From the NCBI GenBank assembly GCA_964016885.1, contig OZ024741.1, positions 239,320,001-239,384,000 on the forward strand: a stretch of 64,000 nucleotides of DNA. Direction: 5' to 3'. Position numbers and translations under genes: made by a program. The notes under the pieces were generated by a model. The model had not been told where the DNA came from. It did not search any database and worked only from the letters and a program-made list of their open reading frames with translations. Each line of letters starts with the position of its first letter. Position 1 is the stretch's first letter. Shown one piece after another: positions 9,955-21,474 of the stretch. This stretch comes from Eledone cirrhosa (Eukaryota).

Positions 9955-12319
9955 CCTTGTAGATTTCTGAAGAGATCTGTTCATTGTTGATGTCTTCCAG
10001 TCTTCAGGATTGTAATGGCTTCTAGACTGACTATATCTGTCTGATATCTCTCCTTGATTACGTGACATCACAGATACACTGTTGTTACCTTGATAGATCA
10101 ACTGTCTCATCTCATTATGACATTGGTATGCCTGTTTCTCTTCTGTTGTTCTAGCTGAGTTATTTCTCACATTGTTACATCTCACAATACACAATGTTAT
10201 AGAAACCACAATAGCTATAGATACTATCACAGCTGCTACTACAATGATAATCAACAATGTTGCATCTATTGTGTTATCAGTTGGTACATGGACAGCTGTG
10301 AACATTGGTGATGTCTTGTTACTAACAGTCAGTGTTAAAGAGACACTAGTTGTTGCTGACAGAACTGGAGTACCACTGTCTTTCACAACAAACTCCAGTT
10401 GATATGATCCAGCATCATTTTGGTAAACTGTGCGAGAGTAAGATAAGACACCAGTGAATGAGTCCAGTTTAAATAATTGTCTCTCATTACCTGAAAGGAT
10501 TTCATACCTGAGAAAAGCATTCATGTGACTGTCTATATCAGAGGCTTTCAGAAGTGTGATGTCATTCTTACTTTGTGGATGATAGTGGACATCAAGAGTG
10601 AAAGGGTCAACACTAGGAAATGTAAAATATGGAGCATTATCATTTTTATCTAATACTTCCACTTCAACATTCACTGTGTTATTTAGAGATGGTGTTCCAT
10701 TGTCTTTGACTAAAACCTCAAAATCATAGAAATCTCTGTGTTCTCTGTCTAAAGATTGGTTTGTTGAAATAAAGCCAGAGTTGATAATCTGGAATGGTAG
10801 ACGATATTGGTGTTTATTTCTCAGATAATAACTTAATTCACCTCCCTTACCAACATCTGGGTCTGTAGCATTGATAAAACCAATAGGGAAATTAGCTTTG
10901 TCATTCTCATAGGTAAGGAACTTGAATGTATCTTTGGTAAAGTGTGGTTTTACATCATTCACATCTAACACTTGTATTGAGAGATCTTTATCAGTTTTGA
11001 GAGGAGGTAATCCTTTATCTTGACAGGAGACAGTAAAGTGATAATGTTCCTGTGTCTCTCTGTCTACTGCTTTCTTTAGAACTATTTTATATTCTTTAGA
11101 TCCCATTGACTGTAGTTTGAATGTATCATGTTTGATATGACAGCTGACCTCTCCATTGTGTCCAACATCATTGTCAGTGACCATCACATAAGCAATGAAA
11201 CTACCAACTTTGATATCTTCCAGAATGGTAGCTGTGTTGTGATTCTCTGTAGAAATATAGTTGACATCAATATTTGGAGGATTGTTGTGTTGGTTGATAA
11301 CATTTACTGTAACAGTTGCTATGGAACTGAGAGGAGGGGTGCCCCCATCCCTAGCCTCTATAAATAATTCATAAACAACTCCTTGTAAATCTCTGTTTTC
11401 TTTTATAAAAATCTCTCCAGTGTCTGGTTTCAATTGAAAATGTTTACTATCCATGTCTGATGTCATTGGACTAAAATAATATAATATTCTGCTATTGTAC
11501 CCACTATCAGAATCCTCTGCTGATATTATAACAATTGGTGTGTTGCTTTTATGTGTTTTTGCCACAGATATATTATATTTCCTTTTTGAAAAGACGGGTC
11601 GATTATCATTTTCATCTTCGACTATAAGCTTTACATTCAACACAGTCTGCTTTGCAGGAACTCCACCATCTTCTGCAATAACTTCTACATTGTATATTTC
11701 TTTTACCTCTCTGTCTAACTTTTCTTGGAGAACAATATCAAGGTATGACACCCCATCAGCACTTTTGAAAACTTCCAGAGAAAAGGAGTGATTAGATTTT
11801 TGTAATTTATAATTAATTAATCTGTTTTTAAAACTGACATCTTTGTCAATGGCATTTGGAATGGATTTTTTCATTCCTTTGCCATCTCCTTCTCTAAAGT
11901 GTAAAGTTATTTCTTTCTCAGGAAACTCAGGTTGATGGTCATTGATGTCTTCTATTATTATTTTAACTTTTAAAATTCTTTCAAAAGTTTTCTCTTTATG
12001 AACAGCAACTTTAACAATTTTAGAACATTCCTTATTATATCTACACAGTGACTCAGCATCTATTGTTTGAACAGTGTATATTTTCCCTGTCTGAGTAACA
12101 TTAAATAATTCTCTCCCCTTCTGATGCAGTTGATTAAATGTAACCATTTTCAGATCGTCTGGTGAAAAGGAGTTCAAAAACTGTTTATTAGTGGCAATAG
12201 ATCCTATATATGTAACAGGACTGTTTTCTTCTTTCACCTGGTAAGTGAGGTTTAGACAGTAGTAACAATGAATTATCAATGATAAAAGCCAGAGAACTCT
12301 CAACATCTTTAACATTTCA
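9955..12319 (-). CDS. Pcdh: Pcdh-B exon 2 (EC1-6, TM; Met at 12315)
   Basis: 804-aa cadherin ORF; acceptor TTTTTTTACAG ending at 12320, donor AGG|GTAAGT. Confidence 0.95.
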
Positions 12320-13560
12320 CTGTAAAAAAAAGTAAAGCCACTATTCAATAAATTCTGTATAAAATTATATCTTCACTTAATGTCACAATACATTTCAAGT
12401 AATAACACCTTAGAATTAATGTATATACTTGTGAATAAGTTGTTCTGGTAGATAAATCACATTTCCATTTTACATACAACATTTACAATGTACCATATAT
12501 TTTGAGTTGAGGTCTTGTAGGGCAGTAGATAGGGTTTTTACACATCATGTTTTCATGGGAAATGGTTTGACTTATACACAAGTATATATATTATATCTCT
12601 CATCTACAAAACAATTCAATTATTGAACAAATGAAAAATGAAATAACAAAAGAGAAGACCAGAATAAAAGCCCTACAAACATGAATCAAAGACAAGGAGC
12701 CAATACAATAATTGACTTCATTAATACTGAAATAACATTAATTTCGAAACAGCCTCCTAATTTACAATGGGAGCACTAGTCTGTCCACCAGGGTCGCAGA
12801 GCAGCCCCCATTTGTTTATAATAGTGAGAGATGGGCAAAGCAAGAGAGACGGAGGCAGTGACAATGGGAATTTGATTCCATTATGTTCAGACCCAATATA
12901 TACATATCTATTTATTTACCACACCACAAATATATACACATATAACAAATATGATTAACCAACTCAGTAGTTGATTAAAATACAGGGTGAGTCATAAGTA
13001 ACCAGGTAGACCAACGTTTATATTCCAAATTATCATATTTACTAAAATTCTGGTCATAGAGTACAAAATCGTAAAAATACATCAAACAAAAATATAATTA
13101 ATAATTTCTAAGTGGAAGAATAGGAAACACTCAGACTGAACTGTAGCTTATGTAATGTATAATTTGGAAAGTATGACAGGTAAGTGTTAAAAGTGTTGGA
13201 TTAAGGACTCAAGGGTCATAATTTTGAACCAAATCCCAAATGTATTACAAGTTCAGTCAGCAATGTGAATGTGTTAGAGAGAAAGAGGCAAGAGAGAGAG
13301 AGACAGAGAAAGTAAGCATGTTGAGGGTCTATTTCTGAAAAGACATTAGATAATAAATATGTAGATATTTGTGAAGTGACTTACAGACAGAATCAATACA
13401 GAGAAATACAAGGAAGACATTTTTGTCATAGATTCTAGTAAAAACTATAAATGGCATGGAAATTTATTCCAAGTTAAATATTATTAAAAATCTATTGAAA
13501 AGACAGCTAATATAGAAATTACTGGATATACAATTTGGTTTTCTACAAATAGTTGTTTAA

Positions 13561-13778
13561 CTCTTTAGCATTTACATTACTCTATATTTACTATTATATT
13601 TTCACAATAAAAGCTTTAACATACATACTTATCTCTCATATCAAATCTATGAAATTTTGATGTTATTTATTTTGATTACAATACCTTAACATCAGTATGA
13701 GCAGACAAATACAGACAGTTTGAACAGGAAGAGGTGAGAGAATTCTGGCCGGATATGGCCGGTTTAAATGCTAAAGGG
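13561..13778. mobile_element. piggyBac-like MITE
   Basis: TTAA on both sides; terminal inverted repeat CTCTTTAGCATTTA ... TAAATGCTAAAGGG. Confidence 0.6.
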
Positions 13779-14413
13779 TTAAAGACCTATTCTCCACCAC
13801 TTGTAAATATATTCCCTAACAACCAAAAGAATCTATCTATTCTTACTACATGCCACAGAAGTATACTTCAAAGCCTAGAATATTTCAGACTTTACAATGT
13901 GAATAATACAACAAAAATATTTGTCTTTATTTTTCAATATCAGACAGAAATATTGAGAAAAACAAAAAATTAAAAAGATTTGGAAATGGGTTTATTATTA
14001 TTTAGAGTTATAAGGGTGGCAGATTGACAAAATCATTAGAGCATCAAACAACATGATTTTTGAGAGCATTGTGCTTGAGACTTAAATTTTCCCAATACTA
14101 TGTTACAGAGATTATATTTGTAAACCGACTACAACAACATCCTGACATGCCACCATCTTGTTTAGATGTAAAAAATTGTGTTAAATAACATTCTACTTGG
14201 AATTAATTATTTTTTTCATCTGAAGTAGAAATAGAAAGATAATATATTTAGAATGATTAATAGCAATAAACCCAAAGAAAAGAATAAAATAAAGACTTCC
14301 GAATATAAAGTCCTCTTCTAAAGAAAATATTGGAAGATTGTCTATGTTCATATAATTTCTTCATTATTTGATTATACAAAAATGAGAATTAGAATAATAT
14401 GGAAACTACTTAC

Positions 14414-14900
14414 ATTCATTGTGTGTAAAAAATCCTTTGTTATAAACTGTGAGTTGGTCCCAATGTTCTGTTAATGGTTGTCTGTGTCACTGCTGCTATG
14501 GTGTGACAATGGCTTCATGTTGATGGAATAGTGTTGGTAGTGAGTCAGTGGGAACCAGCAGTTCCTTTCAGTCTTTTGTGTGTATGTGTGATGTTTACTG
14601 AGTGTGAGTGAGAGAGAGAGAAGGATGGGTGATGCTTACTCCAGCCTCACTCAGACAAGATGATGCTTTCCCCTCTCACAGAAGAGGAGTGGGAGAGAGA
14701 GGTAGGGAATGCTTACTCCAGCACAACTTAAGTTAGATGTTATGTTTCCCCTCAGAAAGAGAGAGTGGGAGAAGGGAGGGGATGTAAATACAATATATCA
14801 GCTCCACTAACAGTCAGCCATAATATGTCTATATAATACTAACATGTCTGATGTAGAGAGACTGACATAGAAATACTGAGAAGATAGAGGTTATATTAAC
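14414..14900 (-). promoter_or_regulatory. Promoter + leader exon 1 of Pcdh-B (copy 3); uORF1 at 14471-14518
   Basis: Donor ATGAAT|GTAAGT (14408-14413); Inr-like 14597-14601; the ATGCTTACTCCAGC...TTTCCCCTC module is duplicated (~14632 and ~14710). Confidence 0.7.
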
Positions 14901-15219
14901 ACAATATGGCTGATGTTGTTAATGTGTGTGACTAACTACAAATCCACAGTGAATAAATATGACCCAATTCTATATTGAGAACATTGCTTCAATATTTTAG
15001 GATGTCTGTTTAAGAGGAAATTAAAGATGGAATAAACTATATTAATTTTGGTAAAACACTTTTGTTTGCAATGTTTCTCTGAAGTTATGAAAATTATAGA
15101 TTTGCAAAAATTGCAATTATATTTGTATCTGTAAATTTAATGTTTTTCATTTTTAAATAAATATAATAAAAGAGGAATTGAAGTTGTTGATTTTAGTGAA
15201 GCTGTTATTGTAATCTGAC

Positions 15220-15332
15220 TTAACTGACATCTGGTGTTGAAGGTAACTGTCTCTCTGGAGGTTTCACATATCTGTCTTGGTAATGGTCTCTCTCATTGTT
15301 GCTTGAGACATCAGGTGGGACACCATAGATTC
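15220..15332 (-). CDS. Pcdh: Pcdh-C exon 4: GIYGVPPDVSSNNERDHYQDRYVKPPERQLPSTPDVS*
   Basis: TTTCAG acceptor, phase 1, 113 nt to TAA. Confidence 0.88.
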
Positions 15333-15639
15333 CTGAAACGTATAGAAATACAAAGCTTAAGGAAGAATTAAAGTGATACTCAGCAAAATGTTTAAACACC
15401 TGCCCAACCTAAGCCAATGGATATTAAATGACGATGTTGATGGTAATATAATCATATCAGAATTAAGATAGACTCACGTAGACCAGTTGGCATGGGCCTA
15501 CAAAGCCTACAAATCTGAGGGGGTTGGGCTCCTCCTCTCTTCTGTTACTTGCAAATACATCATGTACACTACATGTATGTACCCATAACCATTACATTAT
15601 TTATCTCTGATTATATAAATACTTAATGAGCAGTTTGAA

Positions 15640-15980
15640 ATGGGGTCTACACATTACATCTGGCCTAGGCCCGTTACTTTCTTTGAGGGGAAGGACTACA
15701 TTTCACATCTAGCCAAGGTTTATTACCTGTTTTGGAGTGGGAGAGGACTTCCATTTCACATCAGGTCAAGGCTTGTTATCTATTGGTGATGGCATGGTGG
15801 TGGGCTGGGAGTAGGGTTACATTTCACATTTGATCTGGGCCTGTTACCTGCTTAGGTTGGAACATGCTTTTTTCGGGAGGAAGGGGAACTCCTATATTTC
15901 ACATTGGGCCTAGGCCTCTTACTTGCTCAGGGATTGTGTATGTTGGTGGGGTGGGTTACAGTTTACATCTACCTAAGTTT
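15640..15980. repeat. Degenerate tandem repeat, ~55-65 bp unit (ACATTTCACATCT..CCTAGGCCTGTTACC..GGGG)
   Basis: About 6 recurrences of catttcacat / gttacc plus a G-rich segment. Confidence 0.6.
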
Positions 15981-16037
15981 CCATATAATACACACAAATT
16001 AACAACAAACAGATAAAAATACACTAACAATAATAAT

Positions 16038-16220
16038 TGTTTCTACTTTTGGCACAAGGCCAGCAATTACCCAGTACATTACTGGTACTTTATTTTATCG
16101 ACCCCGTAAGGATGAAAGGCAAAGTTGACCTCGGCGGGATTTGAACTCAGAATAGAAAGGGCCGTAACTCTATGCGTCAAAGCATGACGTCCGACCCTCT
16201 GATACTGCCAATCCACCACC
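16038..16220 (-). mobile_element. tRNA-derived SINE (family 1), young copy
   Basis: Minus strand has A-box-like GGTGGATTGGCAG, B-box GAGTTCAAATCCC and central GCCTTTCATCCTTACGGGGTCGATAAAATAAAGTACCAG (resembles the Meta/MESC SINE domain, from memory); direct repeat TACACTAACAATAATAAT at 16020-16037 and 16225-16242. Confidence 0.8.
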
Positions 16221-16674
16221 CTTCTACACTAACAATAATAATGAAGGAGAATATTTAGTTTTCTATTACAATTCTAACCATATCTAGGAAACCTTTGAGG
16301 GTATATTAAAGTGGTACTATTTTATAGGAATATTAAATCATTCCCGGTACTTAATTGGTATTATATTTTATTGAATAGAGAAGGATGAAAAACATAGTTT
16401 ACCCTGACAAGATTTAAACTCAGAAAATATAGAACATAGAATAAACAAATGTCACAGTTATTTTTCCCAATGTTTCTGCCAATCCAGACAATGATGATAA
16501 TAATGGGGAAAAGGTATAATCAGTTATATCAACCTCAGTATATGACTGGTACTCTAATTTGTCAATCCATTTAACCTTTCAGGGTCCTCGGAATGATAAA
16601 TGGCAAAGCTAGCCTCAGAACATAAATAGCTGTTATGATAATGATGATAATAACTTGGGTAAATATTTTTTTAC

Positions 16675-16825
16675 CTGACATTGCTGGTATTTCTTCATAC
16701 TGTCTACTTGACCTTTCACTCCAGCACTGTCCACTACTCTTACGACTGGTCAATGTATCAGTGGGATAGTTAGAAGATGGTCTGTTGTCTCCATAAGATG
16801 TCACCTCTATAGGTTGACTGTATTT
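16675..16825 (-). CDS. Pcdh: Pcdh-C exon 3
   Basis: 151 nt; the upstream CAG of the NAGNAG is mutated to CTG so the second AG must be used; donor G|GTAAAA; frame preserved. Confidence 0.88.
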
Positions 16826-18129
16826 CTGCAGTAAAATATAAAATAAAACATTATATAAGTATTGGAAGGTGATTGTTCTAAAAGGTGTTTATACTGGTGC
16901 CACAAAAATAAAACTCCCAGTACATCCTGTAAAGTGGTTGGCATTAAGAAGAGCATCCAATCATAGAAAACTAAACCAAAATTGGAACATATGAGCAATT
17001 CACAACCATCTGACCTGTCTAACTTCAATGTGACAGCCTATCTAACCCATGCAAACATAGAAAATAAATGTTATATAGTGTTAATTTTGATGAATTGTGA
17101 ATTACCATGGATAGTTTGTGTCATCTACAATAGGAATTTTACATTATGTTTAAATTTTAGTGTTAGATGTTATTTACATCTAGGACAAATAATTATATCA
17201 TGTGACACCTTTCATCAAAAAATCTTAACTTTCTAAATGACCCTCATTTCTTCAGTGAGCCCTCAAATCCAAATGGCAACAAAGAGATACTGTCATGATA
17301 TACAGTGTGTCTTGGGCTTGGGCTCATTAGTCTTCATGTTCGCAAAGAGACAGAGAGAGAGAACAGAAGAATTGGCTCAAGTACTGGCCACGTACTTTAT
17401 CAATCCTGAAAGGATGACAGGCAGAGTTGATATTTGTAACATAACAAAATTTTCTTATTTAAAATTATGTTGAACAATTTTAATTTAAGTAGGAACCCTT
17501 TTAATTTGGTAGTTTTGTTTCACAGAAACAGGCAGTTTGGGGTGGGTTGGTACCAAAAGAGTTACCACCAAGCTGTAATATATAGAGAGTGAAGAAGACA
17601 ATAGGAAATTAGAGTAAACTAAAGTCATTAATTGCAGAAACAGTTTAAACTGGAATAAATTAAGAAAGAGGAAAAGTCTAACATTTCACTAATTAACAAC
17701 ACAGACTATTAATGGTTTCCTCAAATCCTACTGTCTGCTTCTTCAAGTGTTGATGACAGTCTTAATATATAAAAGTGAATGTATGTATATTCCAAGTGGT
17801 AGGCTAAAATATAGCTGAAATGCTACATTTTCTAATACAGTCTATTAACGTAATTAAGTTCAAATATTGCAGCCAGTTCACTGTAACGCAAAGAATTTGC
17901 CAAATTTAATTGTAAACAATAAGACATATAGATTCCAAATGAACATTCAGATCACATGACTGTTTCATATAATATTATTGTGAAATAAATATATAATTAC
18001 ACTTTCATTACTGTTACTTTTATAGATTTTAAAGATATAGGATTATGTGCATCATCTGAAAATTACTACCATTAATCTCAAATAATATTTAAGTTGTAAG
18101 AAAGTAATTATATAATTTTTAACATTTAC

Positions 18130-20534
18130 CTTTGTGGACTTTTGAAGAGATCTGTTCATTGTTGATGTCTTCCAGTCTTCAGGATAGTAATGACTTCTAG
18201 ACTGACTATATCTGTCTGATATCTCTCCTCGATTACCTGACATCACAGATACACTGTTGTTACCTTGATAGATCAACTGTCTCATCTCATTACGACATTG
18301 GTATGCCTGTTTCTCTTCTGTTGTTCTAGCTGAGTTATTTCTTACATTGTTACATCTCACAATACACAATGTTATAGAAACCACAATAGCTATAGATACT
18401 ATCACAGCTGCTACTACAATGATAATCAACAATGTTGCATCTATTGTGTTATCAGTTGGTACATGGACAGCTGTGAACATTGGTGATGTCTTGTTACTAA
18501 CAGTCAGTGTTAAAGAGAGACTAGTTGTTGCTGACAGAACTGGAGTACCACTGTCTTTCACAACAAACTCCAGTTGATATGATCCGGCATCATTTTGGTA
18601 AACTGTGCGAGAGTAAGATAAGACACCAGTGAATGAGTCCAGTTTAAATAATTGTCTCTCATTACCTGAAAGGATTTCATACCTGAGAAAAGCATTCATG
18701 TGACTGTCTATATCAGAGGCTTTCAGAAGTGTGATGTCATTCTTACTTTGTGGATGATAGTGAACATCAAGAGTGAAAGGGTCAACACTTGGAAATGTAA
18801 AATATGGAGCATTATCATTTTTATCTAATACTTCCACTTCAACATTCACTGTGTTATTTAGAGATGGTGTTCCATTGTCTTTGACTAAAACCTCAAAGTC
18901 ATAGAAATCTCTGTGTTCTCTGTCTAAAGATTGGTTTGTTGAAATAAAGCCAGAGTTGATAATCTGGAATGGTAGACGATATTGGTGTTTATTTCTCAGA
19001 TAATAACTTAATTCACCTCCCTTACCAACATCTGGGTCTGTAGCATTGATAAAACCAATAGGGAAATTAGCTTTGTCATTCTCATAGGTAAGGAACTTGA
19101 ATGTATCTTTGGTAAAGTGTGGTTTTACATCATTCACATCTAACACTTGTATTGAGAGATCTTTATCAGTTTTGAGAGGAGGTAATCCTTTATCTTGACA
19201 GGAGACAGTAAAGTGATAATGTTCCTGTGTCTCTCTGTCTACTGCTTTCTTTAGAACTATTTTATATTCCTTAGATCCCATTGACTGTAGTTTGAATGTA
19301 TCATGTTTGATATCACAGCTGACCTCTCCATTGTGTCCAACATCATTGTCAGTGACCATCACATAAGCAATGAAACTACCAACTTTGATATCTTCCAGAA
19401 TGGTAGCTGTGTTGTGATTTGGTGTAGAAATATAGTTGACATCAATATTTGGAGGATTGTTGTGTTGATTGATAACATTTACCATAACAGTTGCTATGGA
19501 ACTGAGAGGAGGACTACCTCCATCTCTAGCTTCAATATATAGTTTGAATGTTTCTATTTCATTCAAGTTTGTAAACTTAGCAAAAAATAACTCTCCAGAC
19601 ATTTTATCCAACTTAAAATATTGTCTGTTTTTTTCCAATGTCTTGGGACTGAAATAGTAAGAAATCTTTCCATTTTCACCAATATCCAAATCTTTAGCCG
19701 ATACAACAACAATAGCTTTGTTTTTGCCATGCATTTTCTTTATGGAAATATTGTACAGTTTTTCATGAAATATGGGTAAATTATCATTTGCATCTTGAAC
19801 TTGTATATTTACATTCAAGATACTTTCTTTGGATGGAGTCCCTCCATCCTTAGCAACAACCTCCAAACTATATTGATCCTTCACTTCTCTATTTAATTTA
19901 CTTTCTAGAACAATCTCTAGCCGAGATATTCCATCAGCTCTTTTAGAAACTAACAATGAAAATATTTTCCCATTCTTCTTTAAATGATAACTGATAACAC
20001 TATTTATAACTCCAACATCTTTGTCAATGGCATTTGGGATGGATTTTTTCATTCCTTTGCCATCTCCTTCTCCAAAGTGTAAAGTTATTTCCTTGTCTGG
20101 AAATTCAGGTTGATAGTCATTGATGTCTTCTATAACGACCTTAATTTTTAAAATTTTCAAGAATGTATTCTTTTCATGAACAGCAACTTTAACCTCCCGA
20201 AAACATTCCTTTTCAAAAGTACAAAGAACTTCAGCATCTAATGTTTGTATTGTATAAAGTTTGCCATTTTCAGACACATTAAATAGTTGTGTTCCTTTAA
20301 GTTTCAGTTGATTAAATGTAATATGACCTACGTCTCCAGGTTGAACTGTATCTTGAAATTGTGGATCAGTTGTAATATCCCCAACAAATGTATGTGGTCT
20401 TGTCTCTTCCTTCACCTTGTAAATTATGTTCAAGCCAAGACAGCAGTGGAAGAAGCTAATTAACAAAAATGAAGTCTGCAACATATTTTCTTTTGTTATT
20501 GGAAACATTGAATAAAATCAAATTTTAACAGATT
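18130..20534 (-). CDS. Pcdh: Pcdh-C exon 2 (EC1-6, TM; Met at 20508 or 20484)
   Basis: 818-aa cadherin ORF; poly-T..TTTCAG acceptor ending at 20535; donor AAG|GTAAAT. Confidence 0.95.
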
Positions 20535-20769
20535 CTGAAATATAAAAAAAAAATATATATTTAGAATTATTCATTTGTTATTATTCATTAGAGAAACTAA
20601 ATATTATAATTTTGTGAATTTATCAATTATTTCAATATATCTACAAGTGATATGTGCCAGATATACATTTTCTATATCAGTCAGTACTTTCAACAATAGT
20701 CTGAAGTGTTTTACTAAGAAAATATATTTTCCTTAAAAACTAGGTAAAATTGTTGTTGTTGTTGCGGTG

Positions 20770-21474
20770 GTAGTGGATTGGCAAAATTGTTCGTGTGTCA
20801 GATGAAATGTAATGTATTGCAAGTATTTCATTACAACCCTCTGTGTTCTGGTTTCAAATCCAGCCAAGGTCAATTTTGCCTTTCATTTTTTCAGGATAGA
20901 TGAAATAAAGTACCAGTCAAGTACTGGGATTGATTTAACCAACTTTACCCTTTCCTAAAATATTTGTTGGCGTTGTGCTTCAATTAGAAATCTATATTAT
21001 ATAAGTTCTGAATTCAAATCCCTCTGAGGTTAACTTTGCTTTTCATCCTTTGGGGAGTTGATAAAATATAGTACCAGTAAAGTACTGGGGTCAATATAAT
21101 CAATTTTCCCTTCCCCGAAAACTGCTGCCCTTGCGCTTATATTAGAATCCATTATTATAGGTGGATTGTCTGAGTTCAAATCCCGCCGAGGTTAAATTTG
21201 CCTTTCATCCTTATGGGGTCGATAAAATAAAGTACCAGTAATACACTGAGAAAATTGCTGGCCTTGTGCCAAAAGTAGAAACAATTATTATAGGTGGATT
21301 GGCAGAGGGTCAGTCGCCATGCTTTGACGCATAGAGTTACGGCCCTTGCCATTCTGAGTTCAAATCCCGCCGAGGTTAACTTTGCCTTTCATCCTTACGG
21401 GGTCGATAAAATAAAGTACCAGTAATGCACTGGGTAATTGCTGGCCTTGTGCCAAACGTAGAAACAATTATTAT
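20770..21474 (+). mobile_element. Head-to-tail array of 4 family-1 SINE copies
   Basis: Four repeats of TTCAAATCC..GAGGT..TTTGCCTTTCATCC..GATAAAATAAAGTACCAG separated by ATTATTATA. Confidence 0.8.
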
